Source of the DNA: Obrimoposthia wandeli | Taxonomy: Eukaryota | DNA: 64,000 nt | Assembly (NCBI GenBank): GCA_977020255.1 | Contig: CDROCS010002105.1 | Coordinates: forward strand, 434,001-498,000 | Direction: 5' to 3' | Shown here: piece by piece, positions 1-9,955 of the stretch | Layout: every line of letters starts with the position of its first letter | How positions within the stretch are numbered: the first letter of the stretch is position 1 | Program-made: the position numbers and the translations under genes | Notes under the pieces: generated by a model | What the model was told of the DNA's origin: nothing | Databases searched by the model: none | What the model saw: the letters and a program-made list of their open reading frames with translations, nothing else

Positions 1-23
1 GAGATCATATTTGATCGGGATTA

Positions 24-56
24 ATTTGGGCGCTACGTAATTCGTAGCGCCCAAAT
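24..56 (-). terminator. Intrinsic terminator hairpin downstream of DUF3103 gene
   Basis: Perfect 14-bp inverted repeat atttgggcgctacg / cgtagcgcccaaat with 5-nt loop, 8 bp past the stop of the minus-strand ORF ending at 65. Confidence 0.75.
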
Positions 57-64
57 AAATGAAA

Positions 65-1246
65 TTACGGACGTGTCGGTGAGATAGTTAATGGCTCTAA
101 CGTTACGACGGCATTACCAGATGCCGCCGGGTGGTCAACATAAGAAGTATCTTGCAATAGTGTATAGTAAACATCGACAAAATCATCATCGTTAACTAGC
201 ACTCCATCAGGGATTGCTTCAATAATTTTTCCTGTAATTTGTGGAATCACAGCGTAAGCTTGAACTTCTGGATCCGGGATCATTTTCAACACTTCTTCTG
301 CGACTTGTACTAAAAGTTTGGCCAGTTCTTTGTAATCAGTGCCGTCATCTTGTTCCATCAAGATCATATCGGCAGCCCCCCAGCGATAACGAGACCAATG
401 AATAACAACCTGGTTAGGGTAGTAATCTTTATTATCATAATCTAGGTAGGGCATTGCTACTAAGTCGATAGTTGGTTCGTCTCGGCTCGGGTTAACTCCG
501 GTTACGATTGCGTACACTTCGGCTTTACCAGAAATCCACGGCTCTTCATCATCAGATAAACGAATCTTCTTAATGACAGTGGTCGAGATAGGCTCTGCTG
601 AAAGGCTGCGAGTACTGCTCTTCAATTGAGCTTGTTGTGTGTTTTCATTATAGCTATGCAATGCAGCAGGTTGCCCTAATTTTTTCATTTCAGCCTGCAT
701 TGCTTGCAGTCCAGCTTTGAGCTCTTTAGCGCTATTGTTGTCAACTACAAACACTGGTACTTCTGGCATTTGGTCTACATCAAGTTGGTGAAGTTGACCA
801 TAGACATCATAGGCTTCAATGTACTGCCATGACTCGTCATCCCCAGTAGGCTCAAAAGCAAACAAAGGACTTTGGCCTTCCTTCCATTCCTGTACCATAG
901 ATGTGTCAGCAAGTCTCAGTTCAAGCAGTTCATTGGTGAAATTCGACACCCCTTTTACTGTTCGAATATTGGTGTCGGTTTTTTGCATTTGTTGCGTAAA
1001 TGGCGATTGTGGTTCTTCCGACAACAGCGTTGATAGTGAAATAGTTAATTTCTGATCGGATATTTGTGATTTGAGAGTTTGCTCAATATCCGTGTAATTT
1101 TCACTTAGCTGTTTGGCTAATTTTTGTTTTTGCTGTGTAATCGTATCGACATTTTGACTAGGTGATTGATGGGAGGTTGTGTCATCAGACTGACATCCAG
1201 CAAGCACTAAACTTAATAATAAGCATGTTGGTGTTATTTTATTCAT
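65..1246 (-). CDS. DUF3103-family lipoprotein
   Basis: Likely start is the second Met (MNKITPTC...LAGC lipobox); conserved EPWISGKAEVYAIVTGV and YPNQVVIHWSRYRW motifs of Vibrio DUF3103 proteins. Confidence 0.75.
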   Translation of the reverse strand: MNKITPTCLLLSLVLAGCQSDDTTSHQSPSQNVDTITQQKQKLAKQLSENYTDIEQTLKSQISDQKLTISLSTLLSEEPQSPFTQQMQKTDTNIRTVKGVSNFTNELLELRLADTSMVQEWKEGQSPLFAFEPTGDDESWQYIEAYDVYGQLHQLDVDQMPEVPVFVVDNNSAKELKAGLQAMQAEMKKLGQPAALHSYNENTQQAQLKSSTRSLSAEPISTTVIKKIRLSDDEEPWISGKAEVYAIVTGVNPSRDEPTIDLVAMPYLDYDNKDYYPNQVVIHWSRYRWGAADMILMEQDDGTDYKELAKLLVQVAEEVLKMIPDPEVQAYAVIPQITGKIIEAIPDGVLVNDDDFVDVYYTLLQDTSYVDHPAASGNAVVTLEPLTISPTRP

Positions 1247-1874
1247 TGTATACCCCTGAGGCATTTTAATAATATTAAAGTTAAAGCTCTAATGTCATTA
1301 GACTATCACGACATAAGTTATAATTTATATGAATACTTCCACGGAAATAAATATCGCAGGGGTATCAAATGAATACTATTCATTTAAAATGGGAGGAATA
1401 TCATAAACGCTTTTTGATGCGAATGAACCTATCGATTGTGAGCAGAAGAAAATTGAGCTACTTGGTAATAAATATATCTGTAAATATATATTCATATATG
1501 TTCATCGTTATTTCAGCACCATCAAGCAGGGTGGTATCAACAATCTTCTCTTACACAGGTATTACTTTTCATTCCGGCAGGTCTAAAATCTTCATCACCA
1601 AACTCAAAGTGAAGGTGCTTGGGTTTAGCCATGTTCCTTACCGTACAAATTCCCCAAGTCCAGCACTCGCTATAGTTTTAATCTTGCATCATATCGAGTT
1701 CGGCTTCTAACAGTTTAAATGCGAAGTGAAGCAAATATGAAATTTAAAGAGGCATTCTCATGCGATCACCATTTCGAGCCTTTTCTCGGCGAAATAAATA
1801 ATAATCAAAAAATTTGCATCCTTTTGGCACCTCATACGTGTTGATAGTAGTGAACACGTTTTAAGGATGCAGTA

Positions 1875-2861
1875 ATGTTTGAAGTTTTCACTCAGTTAGC
1901 GGATTGGCTAACATATACAATTATAGGGCTCGAGCCCAATACCTCTATGGGTATCGGTCTACATTTCTTTATTGAAGATACCAGTAAGATCTTAGTTTTA
2001 TTGGTGTGTTTAATCTATGTTATTTCATACCTGCGTGCGAGCCTCAGCGTGGATAAGGTTCGTGATTATCTACAGGGTAAGAATAGGGGAGTTGGGTACT
2101 TTTTAGGTTCTCTTTTTGGTGCGATTACGCCCTTTTGCTCTTGCAGTTCTATTCCTCTATTTATGGGTTTTGTGTCGGCACGTATTCCTATAGGTGTGAC
2201 CATCGCCTTTCTTATTACCTCACCTCTTATTAATGAGGTAGTGGTGATTATGTTGGGCAGTATCCTTGGGTTTAAGTTTACTCTCATGTACGTAATCATC
2301 GGTATGTTATTGGGTATGTTAGCTGGTGTGATCTTAGATATGTGTAAGGCACACCGTTGGTTGCAACCCTTTCTTGCCAAGGCCTATCAACAAGATGAAA
2401 ACACTAGCGCTCAAGCTACTCATGACACCCAAACTATCGCTATGACCTATAAGGAACGTCACGAGTTTGCCGCCAACGAGACCAGCGCCATTGTTAAGCG
2501 CATTTGGAAATGGGTAATTATTGGGGTGGGCTTGGGTGCATTTATCCATGGCTTTGTTCCAGCGCAATGGTTTGAGCAAAATCTAGCTAATGGAGAGTGG
2601 TGGACTGTGCCATTAGCGACATTGAGTGCGATCCCTATCTACACCAATGCATCTGGGGTTGTTCCTATCATGGCCTCTCTTATCGATAAAGGAATGCCTT
2701 TGGGCACTACACTCGCCTTCTGTATGGGGGCGGTGGCGGTTAGCCTACCCGAATTTATGATGCTAAAGCAGGTAATGCAGTACCGTTTATTGGGTGTGAT
2801 TGCAGGATATTTATTCGTTGCCATCTCCATTACTGGCTGGCTGTTTAACGCTTATTACTAA
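1875..2861 (+). CDS. DUF318/ArsP-like permease
   Basis: TPFCSCSSIP and SPLINEV motifs, multi-TM hydrophobicity. Confidence 0.85.
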   Translation: MFEVFTQLADWLTYTIIGLEPNTSMGIGLHFFIEDTSKILVLLVCLIYVISYLRASLSVDKVRDYLQGKNRGVGYFLGSLFGAITPFCSCSSIPLFMGFVSARIPIGVTIAFLITSPLINEVVVIMLGSILGFKFTLMYVIIGMLLGMLAGVILDMCKAHRWLQPFLAKAYQQDENTSAQATHDTQTIAMTYKERHEFAANETSAIVKRIWKWVIIGVGLGAFIHGFVPAQWFEQNLANGEWWTVPLATLSAIPIYTNASGVVPIMASLIDKGMPLGTTLAFCMGAVAVSLPEFMMLKQVMQYRLLGVIAGYLFVAISITGWLFNAYY

Positions 2862-2882
2862 ATTAAATTAACGGAGTATATT

Positions 2883-3116
2883 ATGAAAATTGTTCAGGTT
2901 TACGGTTCTGGTTGTAAGAACTGCAGAGTGACAGCAGAGCGTATTGAAGAAGTAGCGAAAGAGCTTGGTCAAGAAATTCAGCTTCAAAAGATAACGAGCC
3001 TAGAAGAGATCATGAAGGCAGGTATCATGAGCACTCCTGGCGTTGGTATTGATGGCATTGTTAAGCACACAGGCTCTGTGCCAAGCGTTATTCAAGTTCG
3101 TGATCTGCTTGCTTAA
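2883..3116 (+). CDS. Small thioredoxin-family redox-active disulfide protein
   Basis: GSGCKNC (CxxC) and GIMSTPGVGIDG motifs; strong RBS ggag. Confidence 0.85.
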   Translation: MKIVQVYGSGCKNCRVTAERIEEVAKELGQEIQLQKITSLEEIMKAGIMSTPGVGIDGIVKHTGSVPSVIQVRDLLA

Positions 3117-3229
3117 GATAGAATAGTAACTTAAGCGTATTAGAGCCTATACTCGGCTATAATAAGTGAAGTCGCGCGCCCTTGTTTGTGGTGTAGCGAC
3201 TTTTGTTGTTTTATAAAAGGATAGAGGCA

Positions 3230-3748
3230 ATGAAGTGTTTGATGAAAGCATGGGATGAGACTGAACCCTTGCTTTATGGGTGGTTAATGAAGCAAACTCA
3301 AAGCCAGCATGAAACAGAAGACATCATGCAAGAGGTGTTTTTGAAGGCAATGAGTAATCGTGAGCGCTTTTGCACCTTAGAAGATGGCAGGTCTTGGCTA
3401 TTTAAGATCACTAAGAATCACTTCATTGACCATTTACGCCGCAAAGTTAATTGTAGGGATATTGATGAGTTTGTTGCACCAGATAACGTTCTACCCGTGA
3501 TGACACAGTTGCAAACTTGCCTTCCTCGTCTTTTACCTAAGTTGTCAACAAAAGACAGGCATATTATCGAGGAGTGTGATCTTAATGGATTAACTCAGCT
3601 TGAGTACGCTAAACGTAATGAATTGAGTCTTCCTGCCACCAAGGCGCGCCTGCGTCGAGCGCGTTTAGAGTTAAAAGATAAATTGATTAATGAGTGCAAG
3701 GTGAAACAAGATCATACTGGCGTGTGTTGCTTTAAACGCTATCGCTAA
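3230..3748 (+). CDS. sigZ: ECF RNA polymerase sigma factor, SigZ-like
   Basis: EDIMQEVFLKA, SWLFKITKNHFIDHLR, region-4 KARLRRAR and Cys-rich tail GVCCF; ATG at 3230 after gagg RBS. Confidence 0.8.
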   Translation: MKCLMKAWDETEPLLYGWLMKQTQSQHETEDIMQEVFLKAMSNRERFCTLEDGRSWLFKITKNHFIDHLRRKVNCRDIDEFVAPDNVLPVMTQLQTCLPRLLPKLSTKDRHIIEECDLNGLTQLEYAKRNELSLPATKARLRRARLELKDKLINECKVKQDHTGVCCFKRYR

Positions 3749-4068
3749 AATCTCAGCCGTATTGCCTGCTGACCACGGTGCGAAGTGCAATGAAGAAAAT
3801 CATGAGCGTATTGTTACCGTTGAACCATAGCTTGAATCATTTACCTGATAGCCCAAGTCATGTATTTGATTGCGAATCGCATCGGCTTTTTATAATTTCC
3901 TTCAAGGTCTACAGGCTATTAGAAAGGTAAGAATTAATTAAAGTTATGACGTCATCTGATTATTGCTTTTTAAACAAAAGTATATTGCCTAAATCCTAGT
4001 TTCAATGTTTTTTGGCAAAGATTATTATTTATATTCTGAATGTATATTACAAGAATATAAAGGATAAA

Positions 4069-4779
4069 ATGAATACTATCAAAACAGCAACTGTTGCAGC
4101 ATGTTTTTCAGTGACAGCCAAAATCATCATCAAAAATCTTATTGCATCCGGTACGCAAGTTGTCGCTTTCGGACGAACTGGGGATGAAATACGAGCTAAA
4201 AAAATGGAAGCCAAGTACGGTGGAAAGTTAACGGTTCTGCTTGGTGATCTTTCGAATGAGGAAGAAAGTAAAGCTCTTGTTGCAAAAGCGATAGAGATCT
4301 TAGGTAAAATTGAAGCGCACTACCATTGTTCGGGTATTTTTACATGGAAACACTGGAAAGACATTGAAGTTGAAGAAGTTGATCAACTATTCAATGCTAA
4401 TTTCAAGACTGCATTTGTTTTTGGTCGTGAGATCTTCAACACGATGGAAAAAAACGGTGGTGGCTCTATCATGTTCGTTTCGGCGCGCGATACTATTCGT
4501 AATATTCCGGCTGGTTTTGGTCCTTATATGGCTTCTAAAATGGCTTTGAATGGCCTCGTTGAAAGCATGGCGGCTGAAGGTGTCGATCATAATATTAAGG
4601 TAAATGCGATACTTCCTACGATTATTAACACGGAAGTTAACCGAATGGCTATGCCAAATATTGATCCGTCTACGTGGGTTGATCCGGCAGAGATGGCTGA
4701 ATTAATGATTGATCTTACCCAGCCAACCAAGACTAACCTAAGCGGTGCTCTTATCGCGTTTAATGCGAAAATGCATTAA
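4069..4779 (+). CDS. Short-chain dehydrogenase/reductase with atypical N-terminal motif
   Basis: YMASK catalytic motif, VNAILPTIINT; lacks the canonical TGxxxGxG; ATG at 4069 after agga. Confidence 0.75.
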   Translation: MNTIKTATVAACFSVTAKIIIKNLIASGTQVVAFGRTGDEIRAKKMEAKYGGKLTVLLGDLSNEEESKALVAKAIEILGKIEAHYHCSGIFTWKHWKDIEVEEVDQLFNANFKTAFVFGREIFNTMEKNGGGSIMFVSARDTIRNIPAGFGPYMASKMALNGLVESMAAEGVDHNIKVNAILPTIINTEVNRMAMPNIDPSTWVDPAEMAELMIDLTQPTKTNLSGALIAFNAKMH

Positions 4780-4827
4780 TACCAGTGTTAAAAATCTCAC
4801 TCTGTTAACCATTAAATAAGGTATAAA

Positions 4828-5514
4828 ATGACCAAACACGCAGTTGTAACGGGCGCTTCAAAAGGTATTGGTAAAGCGGTCGCTAAATATCTTGCTGCTC
4901 AAGGTTATAATCTAACGTTGATAGCAAGAAATACTGAAGCACTGAATCAAGTTCGTATAGAAATACATTCTGTTGCTCCCAGCTTGAGCGTTGATGTTCA
5001 CTCTATCGACCTTTCAAATCATAAAGTTGCTTATGAAAAACTTATCAATATTGCGAAACAGTTAGAAAGGGTAGATGTTGTCTTCAACAATGCCGGTGTT
5101 TTTACTTTAGGAACATTAGATATTGATTTGGATGATTTTTCTAATATGATCGATATTAATGTAAAAGGCCTATTTATTGTTGCTAAAGCGTTTGGCAACA
5201 TGATGAAAGCACAAAAACACGGGTATATCTTCAATTTAGGCTCTATGGCTGGAAAGAAGACTTTTGCTAATGGTGGTGGATACTGTGCATCTAAATACGC
5301 AGTGGTGGGTTTTAGCGGTTCTTTGCACCAAGAACTTAAGCCGTACAATATTAAGGTTACAGCACTTTGCCCCGGCGTGATTGATACAGATATGACTAAG
5401 GCCTTTGATACGCCAAAAGAAGATAAGATGGGAACAGAGGAAATAACGAAAGCAATTGGTTACTTGCTAAGTTGTGGGCCTAACACAAATGTTGAAACAT
5501 TAGATTTAACGTAA
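4828..5514 (+). CDS. Short-chain dehydrogenase/reductase
   Basis: VTGASKGIG, NNAG, YCASK motifs. Confidence 0.9.
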   Translation: MTKHAVVTGASKGIGKAVAKYLAAQGYNLTLIARNTEALNQVRIEIHSVAPSLSVDVHSIDLSNHKVAYEKLINIAKQLERVDVVFNNAGVFTLGTLDIDLDDFSNMIDINVKGLFIVAKAFGNMMKAQKHGYIFNLGSMAGKKTFANGGGYCASKYAVVGFSGSLHQELKPYNIKVTALCPGVIDTDMTKAFDTPKEDKMGTEEITKAIGYLLSCGPNTNVETLDLT

Positions 5515-5662
5515 TAATTAACATACAAAGCGACTATCCTTTTCGATAACTCAATTCCACAAGGTGAAATTGAGCTGATGATGGTGAATTCCTATATGCT
5601 GGTGTTTGGTAAACAGCCAAGAAATATCCGCAGTTAATTGCGGTTCACCAGCAGTAACTTGG

Positions 5663-6382
5663 TTAATCGATTGTATCAATAATGATGATTTCACAATCAG
5701 TTGTTGCTCTTAACAAAATTGACTTTGACTGCGTGATTTCAGCGCCGTCACCTTTATTCATCGTTATATTGTCTACTTTGTTACCCGTATGGTCTTCAAT
5801 TTTGAACATACCATTAGAGGCTAAAATATACGCTTGATGGTTAATGTCATGTTCAATAACAGTGCCTTTAGCTAACTTGCCCCCATAGATACGTGCTTCT
5901 TGGTGGATAAAAAGTGCTTGGCCTTTATCCTCATTATAACCAGATGCCAATAATGTCAGTGTTTCTGTCTGTTGCGTAGGAAATTTCTTACTTTCCCAGC
6001 GAGGCTCAACGTTTTGCTTATTGGTCTCAATCCAAATTTGATAAAAGGTTAATGGGTCTTTCGTGCGGTTATATTCCGAGTGCACAATACCGGTGCCTGC
6101 ACTCATCACTTGTACTTCACCAGCTTTAGTGATGCCTTTGTTACCCGTACTGTCTTGATGAGTAATAGCACCAGATCGAATAAAGCTAATAATTTCCATA
6201 TTCTTATGTGGGTGAGATGGAAAGCCAGTACCTGGTTCAACCCAATCATCATTTACTACACGTAATTTACCAAAGCCCATTCGCGTAGGATTATAATAAT
6301 TAGCAAAGCTAAAGTGATGTTTAGATTTAAGCCAACCGTGGTTAGCATTGCCTAAGCTTTTATAGGGATAATGTTTGATCAT
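5663..6382 (-). CDS. Pirin-family protein, copy 1
   Basis: HGWL...HHFSFA.YY, GF..HPHKNMEIIS, MSAGTGIVHSE motifs; differs from copy 2 by 1 aa. Confidence 0.92.
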   Translation of the reverse strand: MIKHYPYKSLGNANHGWLKSKHHFSFANYYNPTRMGFGKLRVVNDDWVEPGTGFPSHPHKNMEIISFIRSGAITHQDSTGNKGITKAGEVQVMSAGTGIVHSEYNRTKDPLTFYQIWIETNKQNVEPRWESKKFPTQQTETLTLLASGYNEDKGQALFIHQEARIYGGKLAKGTVIEHDINHQAYILASNGMFKIEDHTGNKVDNITMNKGDGAEITQSKSILLRATTDCEIIIIDTID

Positions 6383-6505
6383 TAGATTTCCTTACGCTGT
6401 AAATATAAGCTTCATTGATAAATAGATGATAGCGTCTTCTACCAATTAACTATTTTAGAATTAAGTGGTTAATGGAATGGCACATGAGTGTTCGTTCGCT
6501 AAGCG

Positions 6506-7314
6506 TTAGCTAAATTGCTCATCTCTATTATGAGGAACTGTCCAATCTTGCTTATGGGTCATTGGCACAATACCGTAAGGGTTTATGGCTAAATGGCTTG
6601 CATAGTAATGACGTTTTATATGCGCTTCATTCACTGTTTTAGCAATATTCGGCATTTGGTACAGCTCTAACATGAAGCGATAAATATTGTTGTATTGCTC
6701 GATGAGTTTTAAGTTACATTTAAAGTGCGTATGGTAAACCGAATCGAAACGCACCAAAGTAACCCATAAGCGCCAGTCCGCTTCTGTCAGTTCATTCCCT
6801 GTTAAATAGCGCTGTGTCGAAAGCTTATTCTCAAGCTGTTCAAGTGCTGTAAATAAAGCAGTCACATTTTTATCGTATGCTTCTTGGGTGGTAGCAAAAC
6901 CAGTTTTGTACACGCCGTTATTAATGTTGTGATAAACCAGCTCATTCTCGATATCAATTTTTTCTCGTAAATGCTCAGGATAAAAATCAAGTGTATTGCC
7001 GGTAATATTATTAAAGGTACTATTAAACATTCGAATGATTTCTGATGATTCATTGTTAACAATCACTTTGTTTTTCTTATCCCATAAAATAGGCACGCTA
7101 TTAACGCCGCTGTAATCAGGATCTTGAGCGAGGTACTTTTCACCAATAAAGTTATCTCCGTACAAATCATCTCCAGTTGTGCCATAAAGCTGTGCCGATG
7201 CTTCATCATGGTTAAAGCTCCAGCCTTTATCATGCATATCAGGATGTACAACACTAACGGTAATTAACTCTTCTAAGCCTTTTAGCTGGCGGAAAACTAA
7301 GGTGCGATGCGCCC
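6506..7314 (-). pseudogene. yqjG: 5'-truncated glutathionyl-hydroquinone reductase (Xi-class GST)
   Basis: Matches 22955-23938 but is cut just after the CPW catalytic motif; lacks the start codon and the first ~58 codons. Confidence 0.9.
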
Positions 7315-7438
7315 TTTATTGAATATACTTATTAACTGTTGCTAATAACGTATTGCTTTTGCACTACCTTTAGACTGTCACTGTAACGGAAGGAGTAAAG
7401 TTATATGCCACTTTTTATGCCTGCACAAAGGTCCAACT

Positions 7439-7630
7439 TGTGTGGCTCAACACTATATTGAAAATTTGGTTGTGATTGAATTACTCGAAAAGATTTATTT
7501 ATGGCGAGGAAAATAACAAATAAAAAAAGGGTTGAATAGATTAAAAGCTATTTTATTAGAGGAGAAAAAACCTTATAGCTGCCCACAGTGCGGTGATCTA
7601 ACTCGCGATTTGGTAAATCAGACGTTTTGT
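7439..7630 (+). pseudogene. Deletion-riddled remnant of the LysR 3' end and downstream DNA (source 24867-25172)
   Basis: Colinear blocks tgtggctcaacactatattga, atttggttgtgattgaatta, agatttatttatggcg, gggttgaatagattaaaagctattttattagaggagaaaaaa, atctaactcg, ggtaaatc, separated by small deletions. Confidence 0.85.
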
Positions 7631-8120
7631 CCACAACACAGGCGAATTTAAATATGTACTACAGAACATATTGTTAGCCGCAAGAAATTAGTTATATTTG
7701 GATTAATTAATCTACTCATCTTTTGAACGTTTAGTGTGGAGGTAGTATTCAGTTACTTATTAACTGTGCTATTGTGCACTACCTTTAGCAATAAAGTTAT
7801 ATGCGTGTCCAACTTGCGAAAAATTAATTTCGAAACGAGCTTTGGCTGGCAGGTATTGTTTCCAATGTTAATGGAAGCTGTGCGCTAACTATCTGGCGGG
7901 ACTATAGTGAAGCAGATAATTTGGCCATCTTTATAGAGGTGGTTGGTGATTTGCTTTTGCCCCATTGTGTTTCAATGTAATTACTCAGTAGTGGGGGAAG
8001 ATAGCCAGTTTGTTATACGATTTTTCATGGATAAGTATCTATAAATTTCAGGCATTAGCAGACATAATAAGCAGATAAAACCAGAATTGGTTATTCCACG
8101 TTAAAAAGGAAGTGTAATAA

Positions 8121-9653
8121 ATGCCGGTGCTCCAACGCATTAGTGTAACCATGCTTTTAGTCGTGACTCTTGCGGGGTGTGGATCACTCCCTGAGCAGGT
8201 TAAGCACGCTAAAGAGCCTGTAGCCACGCCATTAACAAGTACATTGTCTACGTTGAGTAACACTTATCGGCTTCAACAACCTACACAAGAAACGAGTGCA
8301 GTTCTGCTGCAAGATACTGGCTGGGACGCATTAGCTCAACGGTTGGCATTAGTCGAAACCGCCGAATACAGCATTGATATCCAGTATTACATATGGAATT
8401 CAGATGCATCGGGTCGTTACCTAGCAAGCCGTTTGCTAGCTGCCGCCGATCGTGGTGTTAAAGTTCGTGTAATGTTAGATGATATCAACCTTAATGAACG
8501 AGAAGATCTGCTAGTAGCCCTTGATTCTCATCCTCAAATTGAAATACGAATATTCAACCCGATCCCAACTCGTCGTGGTGTTACAAAGTGGCTAAATTTC
8601 TTAGGTGATTTTTCTCGTCTAAACCGCCGTATGCACAATAAGTCATTCACCGTTGATGGGGCTTTTTCCGTTGTTGGTGGGCGTAATATAGGTGATGAAT
8701 ATTTTGACCTTTCTGATGAAATTAATTTTCGTGACCGCGATGTACTAGTAATGGGCTCGGTAGTTACCGATATCCAAACTAGCTTTGGAGAATATTGGGA
8801 TAGTCGTTGGTCTTATCCTGTCGATTTACTGGGAGGAAGTGCTTCACCAGACTTGCCAGTGTTAGATGAGATTGCCGCGCCGAGTTATAAGAATTATCCT
8901 GCCTTGCCAGAAGGAAATAAGACCGCAAATCGATTCTTACAGGAATTGGTGGGCGAGATGGCTTGGGTTCAAGCTCGTTTTGTTTCTGACCGACCGGTAC
9001 CTGTCGATTCCGATAACACCAACGAACCAAAGGCTACAGCCAGATTATTAGCTGAATTAGCTCGTGAATCTAAGCAAGAAATCTTATTGGAATCTGCCTA
9101 TCTAATATTTGATGATCGTCAATTAGAAGAGGTGCAGAAATTGACCAACAACGGAGTTAAGATAAAAGCATTGACCAATTCAATGGCTTCTAATGACTTA
9201 ACGACTAACCACTCTGGCTACGCAGGTCGACGTCAGGACATGCTTGAGCACGGTGTAAAGTTGTTTGAGTTGAAACCAGAGACAAGTTTATGTGAAGAGT
9301 CTACTCGCGACTTGTCTAAATGTGCCCCGACAATCGCTTATGGTCTTCATGCAAAGTCTGCTGTTTTTGATAGGCGTGTGGCTAGCATTGGCTCTTTTAA
9401 CTTCAACTTGCGTTCAACCTACCTTAATACTGAGTCTATTCTAATCATTGATAATCAAAGTGTTGCTGAAAGTCTTGCTGATGATATAGAGCAGGCGATG
9501 GGTGAAGATAATAGCTGGCATCTGAAATTACAAGAAGGCGAAGTCCGTTGGTATTCCGGTCAAAAAAGTTGGGAAAGCGAGCCAGATACTGGCCGGTGGG
9601 AGCGATTCCAATCAAATTTTTTACAGTTATTGCCAATAGAAAAGTACTTGTGA
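8121..9653 (+). CDS. Phospholipase D-family / cardiolipin synthase-like (ClsC/YmdC-type) lipoprotein
   Basis: Two HxKxxxxD motifs (HNKSFTVD, HAKSAVFD), GGRNIGDEYF, LAGC lipobox. Confidence 0.9.
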   Translation: MPVLQRISVTMLLVVTLAGCGSLPEQVKHAKEPVATPLTSTLSTLSNTYRLQQPTQETSAVLLQDTGWDALAQRLALVETAEYSIDIQYYIWNSDASGRYLASRLLAAADRGVKVRVMLDDINLNEREDLLVALDSHPQIEIRIFNPIPTRRGVTKWLNFLGDFSRLNRRMHNKSFTVDGAFSVVGGRNIGDEYFDLSDEINFRDRDVLVMGSVVTDIQTSFGEYWDSRWSYPVDLLGGSASPDLPVLDEIAAPSYKNYPALPEGNKTANRFLQELVGEMAWVQARFVSDRPVPVDSDNTNEPKATARLLAELARESKQEILLESAYLIFDDRQLEEVQKLTNNGVKIKALTNSMASNDLTTNHSGYAGRRQDMLEHGVKLFELKPETSLCEESTRDLSKCAPTIAYGLHAKSAVFDRRVASIGSFNFNLRSTYLNTESILIIDNQSVAESLADDIEQAMGEDNSWHLKLQEGEVRWYSGQKSWESEPDTGRWERFQSNFLQLLPIEKYL

Positions 9654-9668
9654 AGTTAGCTATACAGC

Positions 9669-9711
9669 TAACTCGCTAAGGTGCTGTCAACGCGTAGCAT
9701 TTTTAGTTCCA
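9669..9711 (+). repeat. Left-half remnant of a Vibrio-type attC (VCR-like)
   Basis: TAAC...ctgtcaacgcgtagcatttttagttcca resembles the VCR left arm; no matching right arm. Confidence 0.45.
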
Positions 9712-9955
9712 CACTCTGACGTTGGAGGGGTGATTAAGCCTTAATTGAAAAGTTGGGCTTTCAATGTTCCTTAGAGCAGGGTGAAGAAACATCGGATTGG
9801 ACTTTGTATTGTTTTATACTTGTCGTTCCTGCGTACAGTACAATGGTCGACATCCCAAATTTTGTTACTGTATCCGATTGAATAGATAAAGCTCATTTGA
9901 AATTGTCATACTTATCGTTATGTTTATAGGTGAAGCTGCTCGTAGACAATAATAA

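Larger units (their letters stand above)
5533..7314. repeat. Direct segmental duplication, copy 1 (1782 bp; partner 21982-23763)
   Basis: Near-identical sequence at a constant offset of 16449 bp, from actatccttttcgata to gtgcgatgcgccc. Confidence 0.97.

Noticed and set aside
1369-1710. 113-aa plus-strand ORF, and broken minus-strand frames (PKHLHFEFGDEDFRPAG)
   Set aside because: No recognisable family or convincing RBS; probably a decayed gene that I cannot identify.
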